A DNA stretch of 64,000 bases. It comes from Vicugna vicugna. Taxonomy: Eukaryota. Shown here in pieces: positions 25,320-36,969 of the stretch. Position 1 is the first letter of the stretch. Every line of letters starts with the position of its first letter. The stretch is taken from contig MU058065.1 of the NCBI GenBank assembly GCA_013265495.1, forward strand, positions 5,058,976 through 5,122,975, in the 5' to 3' direction. The notes under the pieces are model-generated. The model was not told the DNA's origin. It saw nothing but the letters and a program-made list of their open reading frames with translations, and ran no database searches. The translations under genes were made by a program, and so were the position numbers.

Positions 25320-26605
25320 ACTTCCTGTGACTGAATCTTTGCAATCTGTTACTGACTTTACCTGCTCAGTATCTGCCTATTTGAACCTACCAGCTGACCA
25401 CGTTTTGCCTTATGCCTAGCCCCATTTGTCCTGAAAGCCAGACCCAGACCTCTCCATGCCAGTCCCCATGAGAATGACCCCTTGACTGCTTTCCATTTTG
25501 CAAACCTCTGGTCTACCTGACTTTGACCTTGTACGTGGCTTACCCTAGCCGGGTTCCAGCCCTGCTGGTCTCCCCACTGATGGGAGGGAAATTGGTCTCA
25601 CATCTCTCTTAATTTTGAAGTGCAGAATTCTAAGAATTATTCAGAACTTTTCTTAGAGTCAATTGACTTACTTTTATTAGTTACATATTTTATCTCTGTA
25701 TTTGTATAGACAGCCATTTTTTATTTATTAACTCTAACATGTGGTTTAGTTTGAGAACATAAGCAGTCACAAAACTAATAAAAGAAGTGAGAACTAAATA
25801 CCAGTATTTGTAGAACCAGGGGAAAAAACTTGTCAACTAAATAAATGCACTAGGCAAAAATGTGCAATATCAAACTTGGCACAGACAAACAATGAAAAAT
25901 GAATCAAACCTATATAAAAAATCAATTCTCCTCCCCATAATTTATGTCAGTATTTTACATATAATAAAATCCTGCCTAAGCAAATAACTGATAAAGCAGT
26001 AAAGCTGTCAGATACAATAAACGGACCGTTTGCCTGGACTGTCTGGAAACACTCCCATTCAGAGGCAGACACCCTGTTATATTAAAGCAACATGAAGAAA
26101 ACATTTATTGTGTGATAAACCTGACAAGTGCCTAAATCAGCTGTCTGAGAAGACTCTCTGGAAATGCACCTCTACAAAGGCTGATATTTAATTATATCAC
26201 CCTGAGTGTGAGATATAATTGCTCCTATTATGTGATAGGAGCAGAAGAGGGGGAGTAGAAATTAACTTCCATTGAACAACAAAGTAATTATCCATTATTG
26301 AAGATAAGGCAGGGCATCTCCATTGTATTTGAAGACTGGATTCACTCATCAGTGTTTCTGTTGCTCCCTCTGCATCTACATGACCTAAAAAGAAGGTCAA
26401 CCCAGCAGGGAGAATATTATCCACAGGAGAAACTTTCCAAGACCTGGAAACATACACTAGCCTGAGCTCCAAATATATTAACCCCAAGTTGTTATCTCTG
26501 TCCTCATCCTGTCTGTTCCTCCTGTGTCCACCACCTTCACCTAAACAGTTGCCCAACTAGAATGCTTGGAATTATTCTCAGCTACTGTCTCATCCCTTAC
26601 ACCTA

Positions 26606-27082
26606 CAGGCATACCTCGGAGACACTGTGGGTGCAGTTCCAGACCACCACAATAAAGTAAATGTTGCAATAAAATGAGTCACACAATTTTTTTGGCTTCC
26701 CTGTGCATATAAATTATGTTTATACTATACTGTAGTCTATTAAGTGCAATAGCAATGTCTACTAAAACAATGCCCATACCTTAGTTAAAAACTACTTTAT
26801 TGCTGAAAAATGTTAACCATCATCTGAGCCTTCAGGGAGTCGGAATCTTTTTACAATAGTCACATCAAAGATCACTGATCGCGAATCACTGTAACAAATA
26901 TAGTAACAATAATGAAGTTTGAAATATTGTGAGAATTACCAAAATGTGGCACAGAGACACAAAGTGAGCAAATGCTGTTAGAAACATGGCGCCCATAGAC
27001 TTGCTCGATGCAGGGTTGCCACAAACCTTTAATTTGTAAAAAGTGTAGTATCTGAGAAGCACAATAAAAGGAGGTATGCCTG
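26606..27082. mobile_element. Tigger2a/MER28-like non-autonomous TcMar-Tigger DNA transposon
   Basis: Perfect TIR CAGGCATACCTC ... GAGGTATGCCTG, flanked by TA TSDs at 26604-26605 and 27083-27084. Confidence 0.95.
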
Positions 27083-27359
27083 TATATGGACATGAATTCT
27101 TAACAGATCTGTGTCACAAACTCATATCAGTTCCGAGCCCTCGTTCCCATTCTGTGTTTCAAATTCTGTCTTATTTTAGGTTCTGGTCATTTCTTGCCAA
27201 GCCTGTTGTGTTTACCTCCTGCTGGGTCTTGTGACCCACCCCCTGGGCTTCTCAAGGGACTGACAGAACACTGAAGTCAAGGTAAACTTCTAAAATGTAG
27301 ACACAGTCATGGCCCTTTCCTGCCTTAGAAATAGCCTAACTTCAATAAGAGACAGTTCA

Positions 27360-28200
27360 GAAGAGTAAGCCAGACAAGAAAGCCATTCTCAAGGATTCCA
27401 CTTCCAGAAAGTTAAAAAATAGGTAGAGTCTAGGGAAGCACACCTGGATGGTATTAGCATCCTACTGCTGCTGAAACAAATGGCCAGAAACTCAGTGGCT
27501 TAAGACAACACAAGTTTATTATCTTATAGTTCTGGAAGCCAGAAGTCTGAAACTGATCTTCAGGGGTTCAAATTAAGGTGTCAGCAGTGCTGTGTTTCTT
27601 CTGGAGACTCAAGGAGAGAATCTATTTTTTTCCAGCTTTTAGAGACCCCCCCCCATACTCCTTTGACTGTGGCCCCCTTCCGGCCATCAGATAACTCCAA
27701 CCTCTGCTTCTGTCATCACATCTCAATCTCTGACTCTCCTGCCTCCCTCTTCCACTTATGAGACACCTCTATTTGTGAGTGTGTGGAACACACCCGGATA
27801 GTCCAGGATAATCTCTCCATCTCAAGATCCTCACCTTAATCACATGTAAAGTCTGTTTTGCCTTGTAATCTCTGCACAGGTTCTGGAGATTAGAACGTGG
27901 ACATCCAAACTGCAGTAGTACAGTGGGGAGAGCAGCATTCTGCCCACTGCAGGTGGTAGGATCATAAAGAAGCCTAAGGAAGTGATGAGCATGGAAGTCA
28001 AAACAGAGTCTACCTCTGCCTGGGAGAAAGGGATTGTGGTTGGAAAGAAGTATGCAGAAACAGGCTTCTAGGGAGCCGGAAATTGTCTTTCTCCTGAACT
28101 AGTTGGTAGTTATGCGAGTATTCACTTTAAAAGAATATTTTAAGCCTATACATTTACATTTTATGTATTTTAATATAGGTGTTTATTTCACATTTTAAAA
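27360..28200 (+). mobile_element. Old L1 3' fragment split by an MLT1 insertion
   Basis: AAGCCAGACAAGAAAG...ATTCCACTT on the left; GGCTTCTAGGGAGCCGGAAATTGTCTTTCTCCTGAACTAGTTGGTAGTTATGCGAGTATTCACTTT on the right of the LTR. Confidence 0.6.
27450..27951 (-). mobile_element. MLT1 (MLT1D-like) MaLR LTR
   Basis: GTATTAGCATCCTACTGCTGCTGAAACAAAT...CTCAGTGGCTTAAGACAACACAAGTTTATTATCTTATAGTTCTGGAAGCCAGAAGTCTG...ATTCTGCCCACTGCA. Confidence 0.9.
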
Positions 28201-28249
28201 AATATTTTAAAAATCTGCTAGAAGTCTCTAATATATTATTCTAGATGTT

Positions 28250-28745
28250 TTGTCCTCATAATAGGGCCCCAGCTTCTCTTTCCAGCCTCACCTCTAGGCA
28301 CTCCCTGCCCTTCCCCCAGTCCTCCTCCCCTCCCCCTACTTCACATTCTACCTTCCATCCTCACTGACCATAGGATGTTCTTTTACACCTTTGTGTCTTT
28401 GCATATGAAATCCTCTCTGCTTGATCTTTTTTTTTAAACCTTATTTTTTTTTTGCTTGGTAACTATTATCAAATTCATTAAAGCTTGAGCCAAATGCCAC
28501 ATCCCATGTTAAGCCCTCTGCGACTTCTCTGTTCTGTTTTCTTCCAGAGGTTCCGCTGGTTCATCCTCTGCGCTGCTCCTGCATTTGGTCCATAATCCAT
28601 CACAGCACTGGCCATGTGTTATTGTGAATTGATATTCACATCTCCATCTTCATCTTCTCCATCTTCTCAGCAAATCTCCAAGCAACTTTAGGGCATCTAT
28701 TTCTTAGCAAAGTGCTTGGCATACATTCTGTAGTTAAATGTGCTT
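28250..28745 (+). mobile_element. L2 fragment
   Basis: Pyrimidine-rich L2 body motifs (CTTTGCATATG...CCTCTCTGC, CATCACAGCACTG...ATTGT) ending AGCAAAGTGCTTGGCATA...AAATGT. Confidence 0.55.
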
Positions 28746-28934
28746 TAAAAATATATATATATGATACATTCTACTGTGTGAAAAAGGCTAAAAGATGGGG
28801 TGGGGCAGATGAAGGCTGAGAAAATGGAGGGAAGCCAGGTTCACACAATCATACTCTAGGTCTACAAGGTTAGATGTAAGGAATTGTAGTTTTAAAAATA
28901 AGCTTAAATCTGAACTGTACAGACCCTTCATACA

Positions 28935-30171
28935 CAGTCGATCACTTGCAGTAGTTATGCTTTCTAAAGTCACCAGGAATACTGAACCATTGTTCCTAGC
29001 AAGAGAGGTCAAGGCCATATTGTGAGGACCAGGTATCCAGAGCAATGCAATAGAGAGCTTCAGGCAGATTTTTAATTTTTTTATGCAAAATAAATACCTA
29101 TATTAAAAATGCATAAAATAGTACCAAACCATTGCTTCTAGGGGAAATACAGGATTAGGTGCCTGTGAACCTCTACTAACAATATTTTCATCAACCAATC
29201 AATATATAGCATTATTTTAGTTGTGTTTCTGCTTAAAGATACTTTATTTAATACATATTGTTGATTCATTAACCTTAAACTCATGGCCAACAGCTCTATA
29301 ACTCATGCCTGAACAAAGCTTACCTAACACACATATTTTCTTCATTAGATATATCACAGCTTTTTTGTGCTTAGTTTGAAAATTAATAAACAGAAACCTC
29401 ATTTGAAATGGAGTCTGGAGGCCAGAAGTGGGAGCCCTCAAGCCCTACCACAGGATGCCAATTTCAGACCCAACAGGAAGAGATGTACCTTTGCATCTCC
29501 AACAGGAAGAAAGTTACTATCTGGCAAGAGGAATGAAGAATTTCTCCTTGCCCAACAACAGCCCAGCCAATGAGAGACTGTCATAACTCAGCCAATGAGA
29601 AGCCACTACACTTCAAACTCCCAGTTTCCTTTGTTGGACTCTTTGTTTATAACATCCCCTCTCAACTCCCCCTTCTCTATAAAAGAACATTCCTCTTCTC
29701 TGTTCTCCAGACTAGCCTGTGGTTTTCCATAGACTGCATGTCCCACATTGCAATTCACTGTTGTTCCCAAATACACCCATTTTGCTGGTAAAATAACTGG
29801 CTGCCTTATTTTTTAGGTCAGATTTAAGAACGCTGAGATAGTTCTTCAGCACTATGCTTGGGGCTATTTTAAAAAGCAAAATCATCAACAAAGAGCACAA
29901 AAATGAGGAAAATATGGCACTAAATGTGCCCCCAAAGGGTTCTTGTTTGCAGTATGAGAACTGAAACAAGAAGGGAGATTGTCTTCTCATCTCCCTCATC
30001 ATCAGCTGGGAATACACAGGTCTGGAGACTGAAACTTTGTGCCACGCAGTGAGTGACCGCATCCACAAATGACCATTAACATGCTGCTGAGTATTGGTTT
30101 GGGAATTACAAATAAATTTTACCAACTAGGAGAATTTGCTAATACAGAGTCCACAAATAATGCGTCAACTG
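28935..30171. mobile_element. MER82-like TcMar-Tigger DNA transposon, interrupted twice
   Basis: Ends CAGTCGA... / ...TCAACTG-TA; internal MER82-type sequence (GAACCATTG...CTAGGGGAAATACAGG, CTTCAGCACTATGCTTGGGG, GGCACTAAAT); interrupted at ~29000-29126 and 29377-29820. Confidence 0.85.
29377..29820 (+). mobile_element. Solo ERV (ERV1-like) LTR inserted in MER82
   Basis: TG...CA ends; two CAGCCAATGAGA CCAAT boxes (29564-29575, 29589-29600); TATAAAA (29678-29684); MER82 sequence resumes on both sides. Confidence 0.8.
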
Positions 30172-32459
30172 TACCTTATTTTAATTTCATTATCATCTTC
30201 ACTTTCCAAGAATGGAAACTAATTTAGAGTATTGACTAGCCTAAGGTCACAAGGCTGATACACTTGAGAGGTAAGATTTAAATTTCTGCAGCTCTGCCTG
30301 GGGCCATGGCTTGTGCTCTGCCTCCTACAGGCCAGCTGTTGTCCTGCAAAATTTTTTTTGGAGAGTCTTTCTGGACTACAGGTCTGGGGGCAGTGTTTTT
30401 TAAGGGTTCTCTTGTTCAGTCATTGTCTGATCTCAGAGATATTTAACTTGTCTTGTCTCTTAATGGAATTCTACTGGCATGTTGTCATTGTGGTTACCTT
30501 CCTTTGCTCTCATGTCATTAATAGATTATTTAAAGGAAACATTCTTTCTTACTTACCATAAGATGTTCGAAAAAAATAAATTTAATCTTAAAATATTCAC
30601 AATCCAGACACATGAGAGTTTATTAATCATTCTTCATTATTAATTAATATAAACTAAGTAAAGATTTACTGTTCTCCTTCAGTATTGTCTGTTGACTTTA
30701 CTGACCACGGATCTTTAAAAATTATAATGATACATGCTTTCTTTCTTCAAGCTCATCTCCTACTTCCAGGAGTATAAGAACTCCTGAAAAGGGGGAGAGA
30801 GCTTGTGCATAGAAACCACTCTGTGTGATCATCAGCCATGGAGTATGAAAAGCTTCTAGGTCCTTCTACATGCATATCTCCAGCTCTGGCCCACTTTCTA
30901 TTTAGCCACAGATCAATGGGAATTAGGCAATTTCATTACTGATTTATGATGCAAAAAATGTTTTCCATAATATATATCCCCATGTAAGTGTTCATCATAA
31001 GCAAAATATTCTTAGCTACAGACTGAAATGCAACAGTCTTAAGTCAAGATGACCACAGATCAGAACTCCTGCCTAAGTAATCATCTGACCAGAAGATCCT
31101 GGTTTGGACTCAATTTCCAATAAAAATTAGGCTGTCAGCCTCTCTTTATTAATGTTCTCTTTAATGCGATCATGATTATCATATTCATACAGTCCAATTC
31201 TAGAATTACACATAATGGCAACCAAATAATTTTGTAATGACTGCTAAGAACAAGGTTGTTCCAAGCTGTTGAAATAAAGCTGAATGTTGATCAAGTCAAT
31301 CCAGCCTCAAACCCCTCCCAGGTTAAATTTTAGTCCCTACTTTCACTTCTCAAGGAATAGAATTGAAAAGGGGAAAAAAATATTTAGCAGCTAGTTAGAG
31401 AGGTGCTGTGCTTAAATCCTTTACATTTTTCAAAGTAAATGTTTCCTTATGTTACTATTAAATTATATTGATCATTAGCTATTCCCTACCTGAGGTCTCC
31501 CTCAAAAGTCACCCAATGAGACAACAGATCAACATTTTATTTCATTCTTATTATAAAAGCCAAATGGCTGAATTTTCAATGCTTGACACTTAACAGTTGA
31601 AATTCCCCCCCCACCCCGCCCTCTTTGATTGATTTAAGAATTCCAAAACAACCCTAAATTGTTCCGGTGAGTTAGTACCTGAATTTCCACAATTTGATTA
31701 TAATTCTAAAAATGACAAACATGCTTTTACTCTGGATGCTATCATAGGTTAAGAAAATATTTATGTAATCAGCAATGAGTACAGAGGATACAAGAAGTCA
31801 CTAATGACAAGTTATTTTATGTGAGGGATTGCCGGAGGGTCAGAAGCAGAGCTTAAGCAAAAGTATTTTCCTGTAACTTTTCTCTAAATGAGCACATTAA
31901 AGTCAGAGAAAGAACAATGCTTTCGCCATAATTCATAGTTTTCTGAAAGCTAAATGACCTTTTTAAAAAATTCTTGGCCTCAAGATGTGATAAAAATGAA
32001 AGGGATATGAATACCTACAATGCAGTCATGAATTGTAAATGGTTCAGTAATTCACCTCCAGCGCTCACAGATCTTGCCCGAAAAAGCATCTGTTCATACA
32101 TTCGAACCATCCAACAATAGCTCCTTCTACGGGTATCTGAGTTCCATATCGAATTGAAAAATCATTCCGGTTATTTTTCTTAAAAAGCCTTTCCTAGAAT
32201 GATCTTCGTATGTTTCTTTGTTGTTTACTGTAGCTAATTTAAAATTCATTCTAACATATCAAATTGTATGTTATAGATCAAAATAAATACATTATATTAG
32301 TCAGGCTGCTCCATTAACTTTACATTTTGCTGAGAAAAATATCGAACGCTGCCATCTTTTCCCTCTTTCCCAGCAGGAGTGTCTGAGGCTCTCAGATTGT
32401 GCTCTGAATGGAGAATCCAGACCCTTCCAGCTCATATGCATATTATCTGTCACTCATAC

Positions 32460-32557
32460 CTGGGAGCCCGACTCCACAACAGACGCATTCAGGTGGTCAC
32501 ATCCATGCTGGAGAGGTGGAACTCAGCGGCAATTCTAGTGCTTGAACTTCAAGCCTC
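32460..32557 (-). other. Candidate 98-nt spliced exon (5'UTR or lncRNA type)
   Basis: Minus strand: (CT)n-T15-CAG|GAGGCTTG...GGCTCCCAG|GTATGA. Very strong acceptor, good donor, stop codons in all three frames. Confidence 0.55.
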
Positions 32558-32699
32558 CTGAAAAAAAAAAAAAAAGAGAGAGAGAGAGAGTGAGTAGTGT
32601 GATAGTAAGAAGCCTTTAGAGGCAGGGGTAGTCAGGGGCCCTGGTCTTTCATTCTGGGGCCTGTAAGGCTTCAGTTCTTCATCCTTGCCCCTCTCCAGT

Positions 32700-32825
32700 T
32701 ATTGTAATAATTAAATGGAATCACCTTAAGATGTTTGCCCAATTAGCTCTGGATCCCCAGGAGCAGGACCTGGGTAGCAGCATTATATAAAGCTCCCAGG
32801 TGATCCAGGGTGGAGGACCAGTGTG
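32700..32825. mobile_element. MER5A-like hAT-Charlie fragment
   Basis: GGAATCACCT...AGCATTATATAAAGCTCCCAGGTGATCCAGGGTGGAGGACCAGTG. Confidence 0.55.
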
Positions 32826-33599
32826 TTGAAATATCTATCTTGTGGTTTTGCTCTCTTATAGAATTTGATCTACAAAACACAGCCACAGCAGACCCTGCAG
32901 GTAGGCAGGAAGCTCTTCCTAAAGTCAGTCACTCAGACACAGTAAATGTGCTTCAGGAACAGTGGGTAAGTCTGTGAAGGGAAGCCTACGGAACCCACGC
33001 GTGAGTGGGTAACACGGGGAGGGGTCATGTGCCCTGCAGATACCCTTGTGGTCCAGACAAGATGCGGGCTTTGGAGAGGCAGCCTTGCAATTATGAACAA
33101 GGCGGGTTAGTCTGCACCTGCATCAGCAACGTCTCCACCGAGTAGCAGCTGAAGCAAGGGTGGGAGAAAACACGGTTCCACCAGCGGACTGACCGCACAC
33201 TCTGGTTCTTCCTCAGCTTGTCGTTTGGGAGTAGATCTGACTCCTTCTAAACTAAGCAAACCCCCTGACAGGCTGAGACTGGGACGTGGGGAGGAAGTGA
33301 GAGACCCAAGGGAGAGTCTGGATTTCCTGCTAATTTAGCATTTTTTAATTCATCACTTAATAGATCATCATGTGTTATGTAATCTGAAAGTTATTATGTA
33401 TAGTTGTACAATATGCAATTTGAAAAAAAAATTCTTGGAACACTTGACTCTAGATGCTTCTATCCCTGAAAGATATAAATAACATTGCTGTAGATCTTCA
33501 TCCATTAGCAAAACATATTTTGGAGCCTTTTGGTTATGAGAAGGAAAGTCCCAGAGCATCAGCTGGATGATAAATGAGTGAGACTCAGGAAAAAGTCGC

Positions 33600-33820
33600 T
33601 CCGTATTGTGTTTCACCTTAGGATTGTATTATGATTTATTTGTTTCCAAATATGGACATTTTGGCTGTTTCTAACTTTTGTTATTATACATAAATACATA
33701 ACATGTATATTTAAATATAAAATATTTATATATTTGTTACAAGTATATATATATCTTATGCATATGTGCTAGTATTTCAATAGAATAGATTTCGGCAAGT
33801 GAAATCTCAGTGTTGTAGGG
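33600..33820 (-). mobile_element. Old L1 (L1ME-like) fragment
   Basis: ATGGACATTTTGGCTGTTTCTAACTTTTGTTATTATA...ATATGTGCTAGTATTTC...AGTGAAAT is reverse L1 3' sequence; appears to resume after 34075. Confidence 0.6.
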
Positions 33821-34067
33821 CAGTGCTTCTAATTCTGTTCGATTTTATTTTTTAACTTTTTTTTCCTCTGTAGCACATAAGGGAGCTCTTTTTTTTTTTT
33901 TCTTAGTGCTTCTAATTTTAATGCATGGGCATACAAACCACTATGGATCTTGTTAAAATGGAGATCCTGATTCAATAGGTCCAAAATGTGACCAAAATTC
34001 TACATTGCTACCAAGGTCGCAGGATGCCACTGCTGCCATTTCGTGGACAATGCTTTGAGTAGCAAGT
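33821..34067. mobile_element. MER5-type hAT-Charlie element containing a 70-bp insertion
   Basis: CAGTGCTTCT...GATCTTGTTAAAATGGAGATCCTGATTCAATAGGTC...GCTTTGAGTAGCAAG; 8-bp TSD-like TTGTAGGG (33813-33820) / TTATAGGA (34068-34075). Confidence 0.75.
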
Positions 34068-35215
34068 TTATAGGACATATACTTTCTTTGACTTTGATAG
34101 TTATCAAAATGAGGGAGAGAGGTAAAGATTACAGGTGAAAACTAGAAGGCGGAAGAACCATGCTGTTTAACCCCAAACACTTACATGCAGTTGGATTGTT
34201 TTTTTAATTCACATATTCCTTTAACAACTGAAAAATAAACATTTAACAAATGAAGCAATAAGACAATTTTAATAATCAGCTGATGGATGAAAACATTTTT
34301 TCCTCTTCCCAGTAATAACCAGACAGGTTTCTCACATTCTCTCCAATATGAATGAGTTTTCCAATATTACTGTAAAATTTCTAGAGATCCTCATTTCTAT
34401 GTTTTCCTGACCTTTCTTTAAATTGACCTCATTCATTGTTTTTTCCAGCCGTCTGCCTAGTGGCCCCACCCTGCCTTCAGCCAGGGCCTTATAAAGCCCC
34501 CCACCCCAGCTTCCAACTCTTTGTAAAATGTAAGAATCCCAGAAGACTGCGGGCTCCTCCTTTTTGGGGGTGAATAGTGGAATTTCCTGCCTGAGACAAT
34601 GCAACTACTTCCAGGACATCTGAGTGTCCGGTATGCCATGAAGGAACCTCAGGATGGTCAACTCCATTGCTCTCCAGAGAGAGATGGTGGAGAGAAATGA
34701 AGTAAAATCCTTCAGTGACCTCGCCTGCAGAAAGGGGGTCCAAGTGAATTCCAGATGTTAAACTAATCTTCAGAGATGGAATAAATTTTATTTCATGTTT
34801 CCATGTTATCTTTTGTTGTTGTTGTTGAAATCTGTTTTTATGAATTTTCCATTGTAGCTTTTGGAAACCAGAGAAGTTTCAGATCGTTGGGGAAAGTCTT
34901 ACTTGGTGGGTAGGTGAAAAGTAATATCTGATTTTTAGAAAGAAAAGCCCACAAGAAATATAAGCACCTAAGATGGGATTTAAAATCATTTTGATATTAC
35001 AGGAAATTCAGGCTTACCTTAATGATCATACCAACAGAAAGAAATATTAGAGTTGTCAACTAATTTGAAAATCTAGTTAAGGCACTGACTGGTGTTAGAT
35101 GACCAGAGAGTATAATTCCAATTAGGTTTTTTTTTTTTTTATTGTTGTTTAGGTTCATCATATTGTTCCTGCAAACTTGGAAACCTGCCCCTCAAAATAG
35201 TCTTTGGCAACTTAC

Positions 35216-35315
35216 TCATAAGTCATCCAAGTGGCGGATGCAGTTGCCATACGCTCCCGAGTCTCAAGCAAGCGAAGATGGAGATGAAGTTGTCAGCCCA
35301 CAGCGATGTGAAGCT
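35216..35315 (-). other. Candidate upstream (first or internal) exon
   Basis: Locally CpG-rich 100 nt ending ...TTATGA|GTAAGT on the minus strand; weak acceptor (CTAACCTCAG) and CCAAT at 35345-35341; contains an ATG at 35250. Confidence 0.35.
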
Positions 35316-36969
35316 CTGAGGTTAGCTGTTTCATTTCAAGATTGGTTGGCATTTTTTTTTTCAGTTGAAACTTGGAAGACTCCAAGGAGAGTTAACATTT
35401 TATGGTTTATAAACTATAAACTAGAACATAGGGATTTATTGGAACCATAGATCTCACTTTTGATCTTTTGCAAAGACAGCATCCCAGCATTTCTTTGGGC
35501 CGAGAATCAGGATGGGTTCCTTGGTTACAAAGACTGAAGCACTTACTGAAGCAAAAAGCGGGCAGGTTTGCCATTATAAACAGAGAAGATGGCAAATGCT
35601 GAGGGGTGTGTGTATGTGTGTGTGCTTTAAGCACTTGAAATAAAACTTGCAGGCGTTTTAAACCTAAAATAATCAGGGAGGAGTTTGCCTATTTTTTCTC
35701 TTCAGGCTTTCTAAATAGTGCCATGTAGCATGAGAACCTGGAAGGAGGTGTCCCAGCACTGGTCAGGAAGGGGCCAGTGTGATGCACATCACAGATTTAT
35801 TGAGGGTCACTTCTGATCCAGAGGCCTTGGTTAGACAGTCTTAGGTACTCGTATACCATTGCTATCCTATTTTACTTTTATTACCCTCTCATCACAGACT
35901 GCTCTCACTCTGGCAGTGTGATCACAGTTGAACAATTATTCCATAAAAGAATTATACACAGCAACCTTTCCAGATTCCCCGCAAGACTTTGAAATTGGGA
36001 ATTGGGTTTCAACCAAAGATGTTGTATGCTGCAGTAAACTGAAACCATTAGGGCTATTTGCAAACAAAGTGGATGCATCTTTGTTAAAATTTGATGTTTA
36101 TTTTTAATATGGTTGCCTGCCCTTCTCTATTTGAACAGCTCATTACACCTTAAATATAAACCACATGCGCACTAGAGCATTTATGTAATTTTCTGGGGCA
36201 AAGAATTTGGGCTAGGATCCAACACTAAAATATATTACTTTAATATTTATTTGCATCTGTTTGGTATTGTCATGACCTATACAAGACTGAATCATTTTGC
36301 TTCAAAAAATATAAAAAGGGAAGAAAACTCTGTTCACAGACTACTTCTCGTCAAGTGGATTTGAAAAGCTTCATTTAAGATTCAGTTCCTTTTTTTTGCT
36401 GATATTAGTATCATAAGCATTGATGAAGAATAATGTAAGGAATGATGGGTTTTGAACAATATGATGGCTGATTTGGTAAGGCTATGTTTTTGGCTTAAAC
36501 AATAGGATGTTTGATCAAATCAGCCACAGAGAAGGAAATGGTATTGCAAAAGATGAGTTTCTAATTGAGACAGACAATGAACTATGCATCAGAAACAGCT
36601 GCAGGGAAACAGATCTCATTGCATTTTTACATGTTAATATGCTGAATTTCCACATTAGACGGTCACAATTTTGAGTCCAAGCACATCCAGGTGTCTTTAC
36701 ATCTGTGTAGCATATTTAGAAAGGAAGAAAAATCAGATGGAAAATATGTTATATTCCTAGTATTCCTTATTTTAGGTTTTTTTCTTATTAATTTCATTAT
36801 TGTTAGAAGCTAGGCAGATGAGGGCAGCTTTTTTCTTGGCAATGACATTATTTGTAAGTTTACATGTCATGGTTGACTCTCTTTTCCATGCAAAAGGACA
36901 TTCACCCTGGTTCCACAATTAACTTTAGGTAGTATATTAAAAGAAGCATTATTTGTCTGTAGAAGGTAC

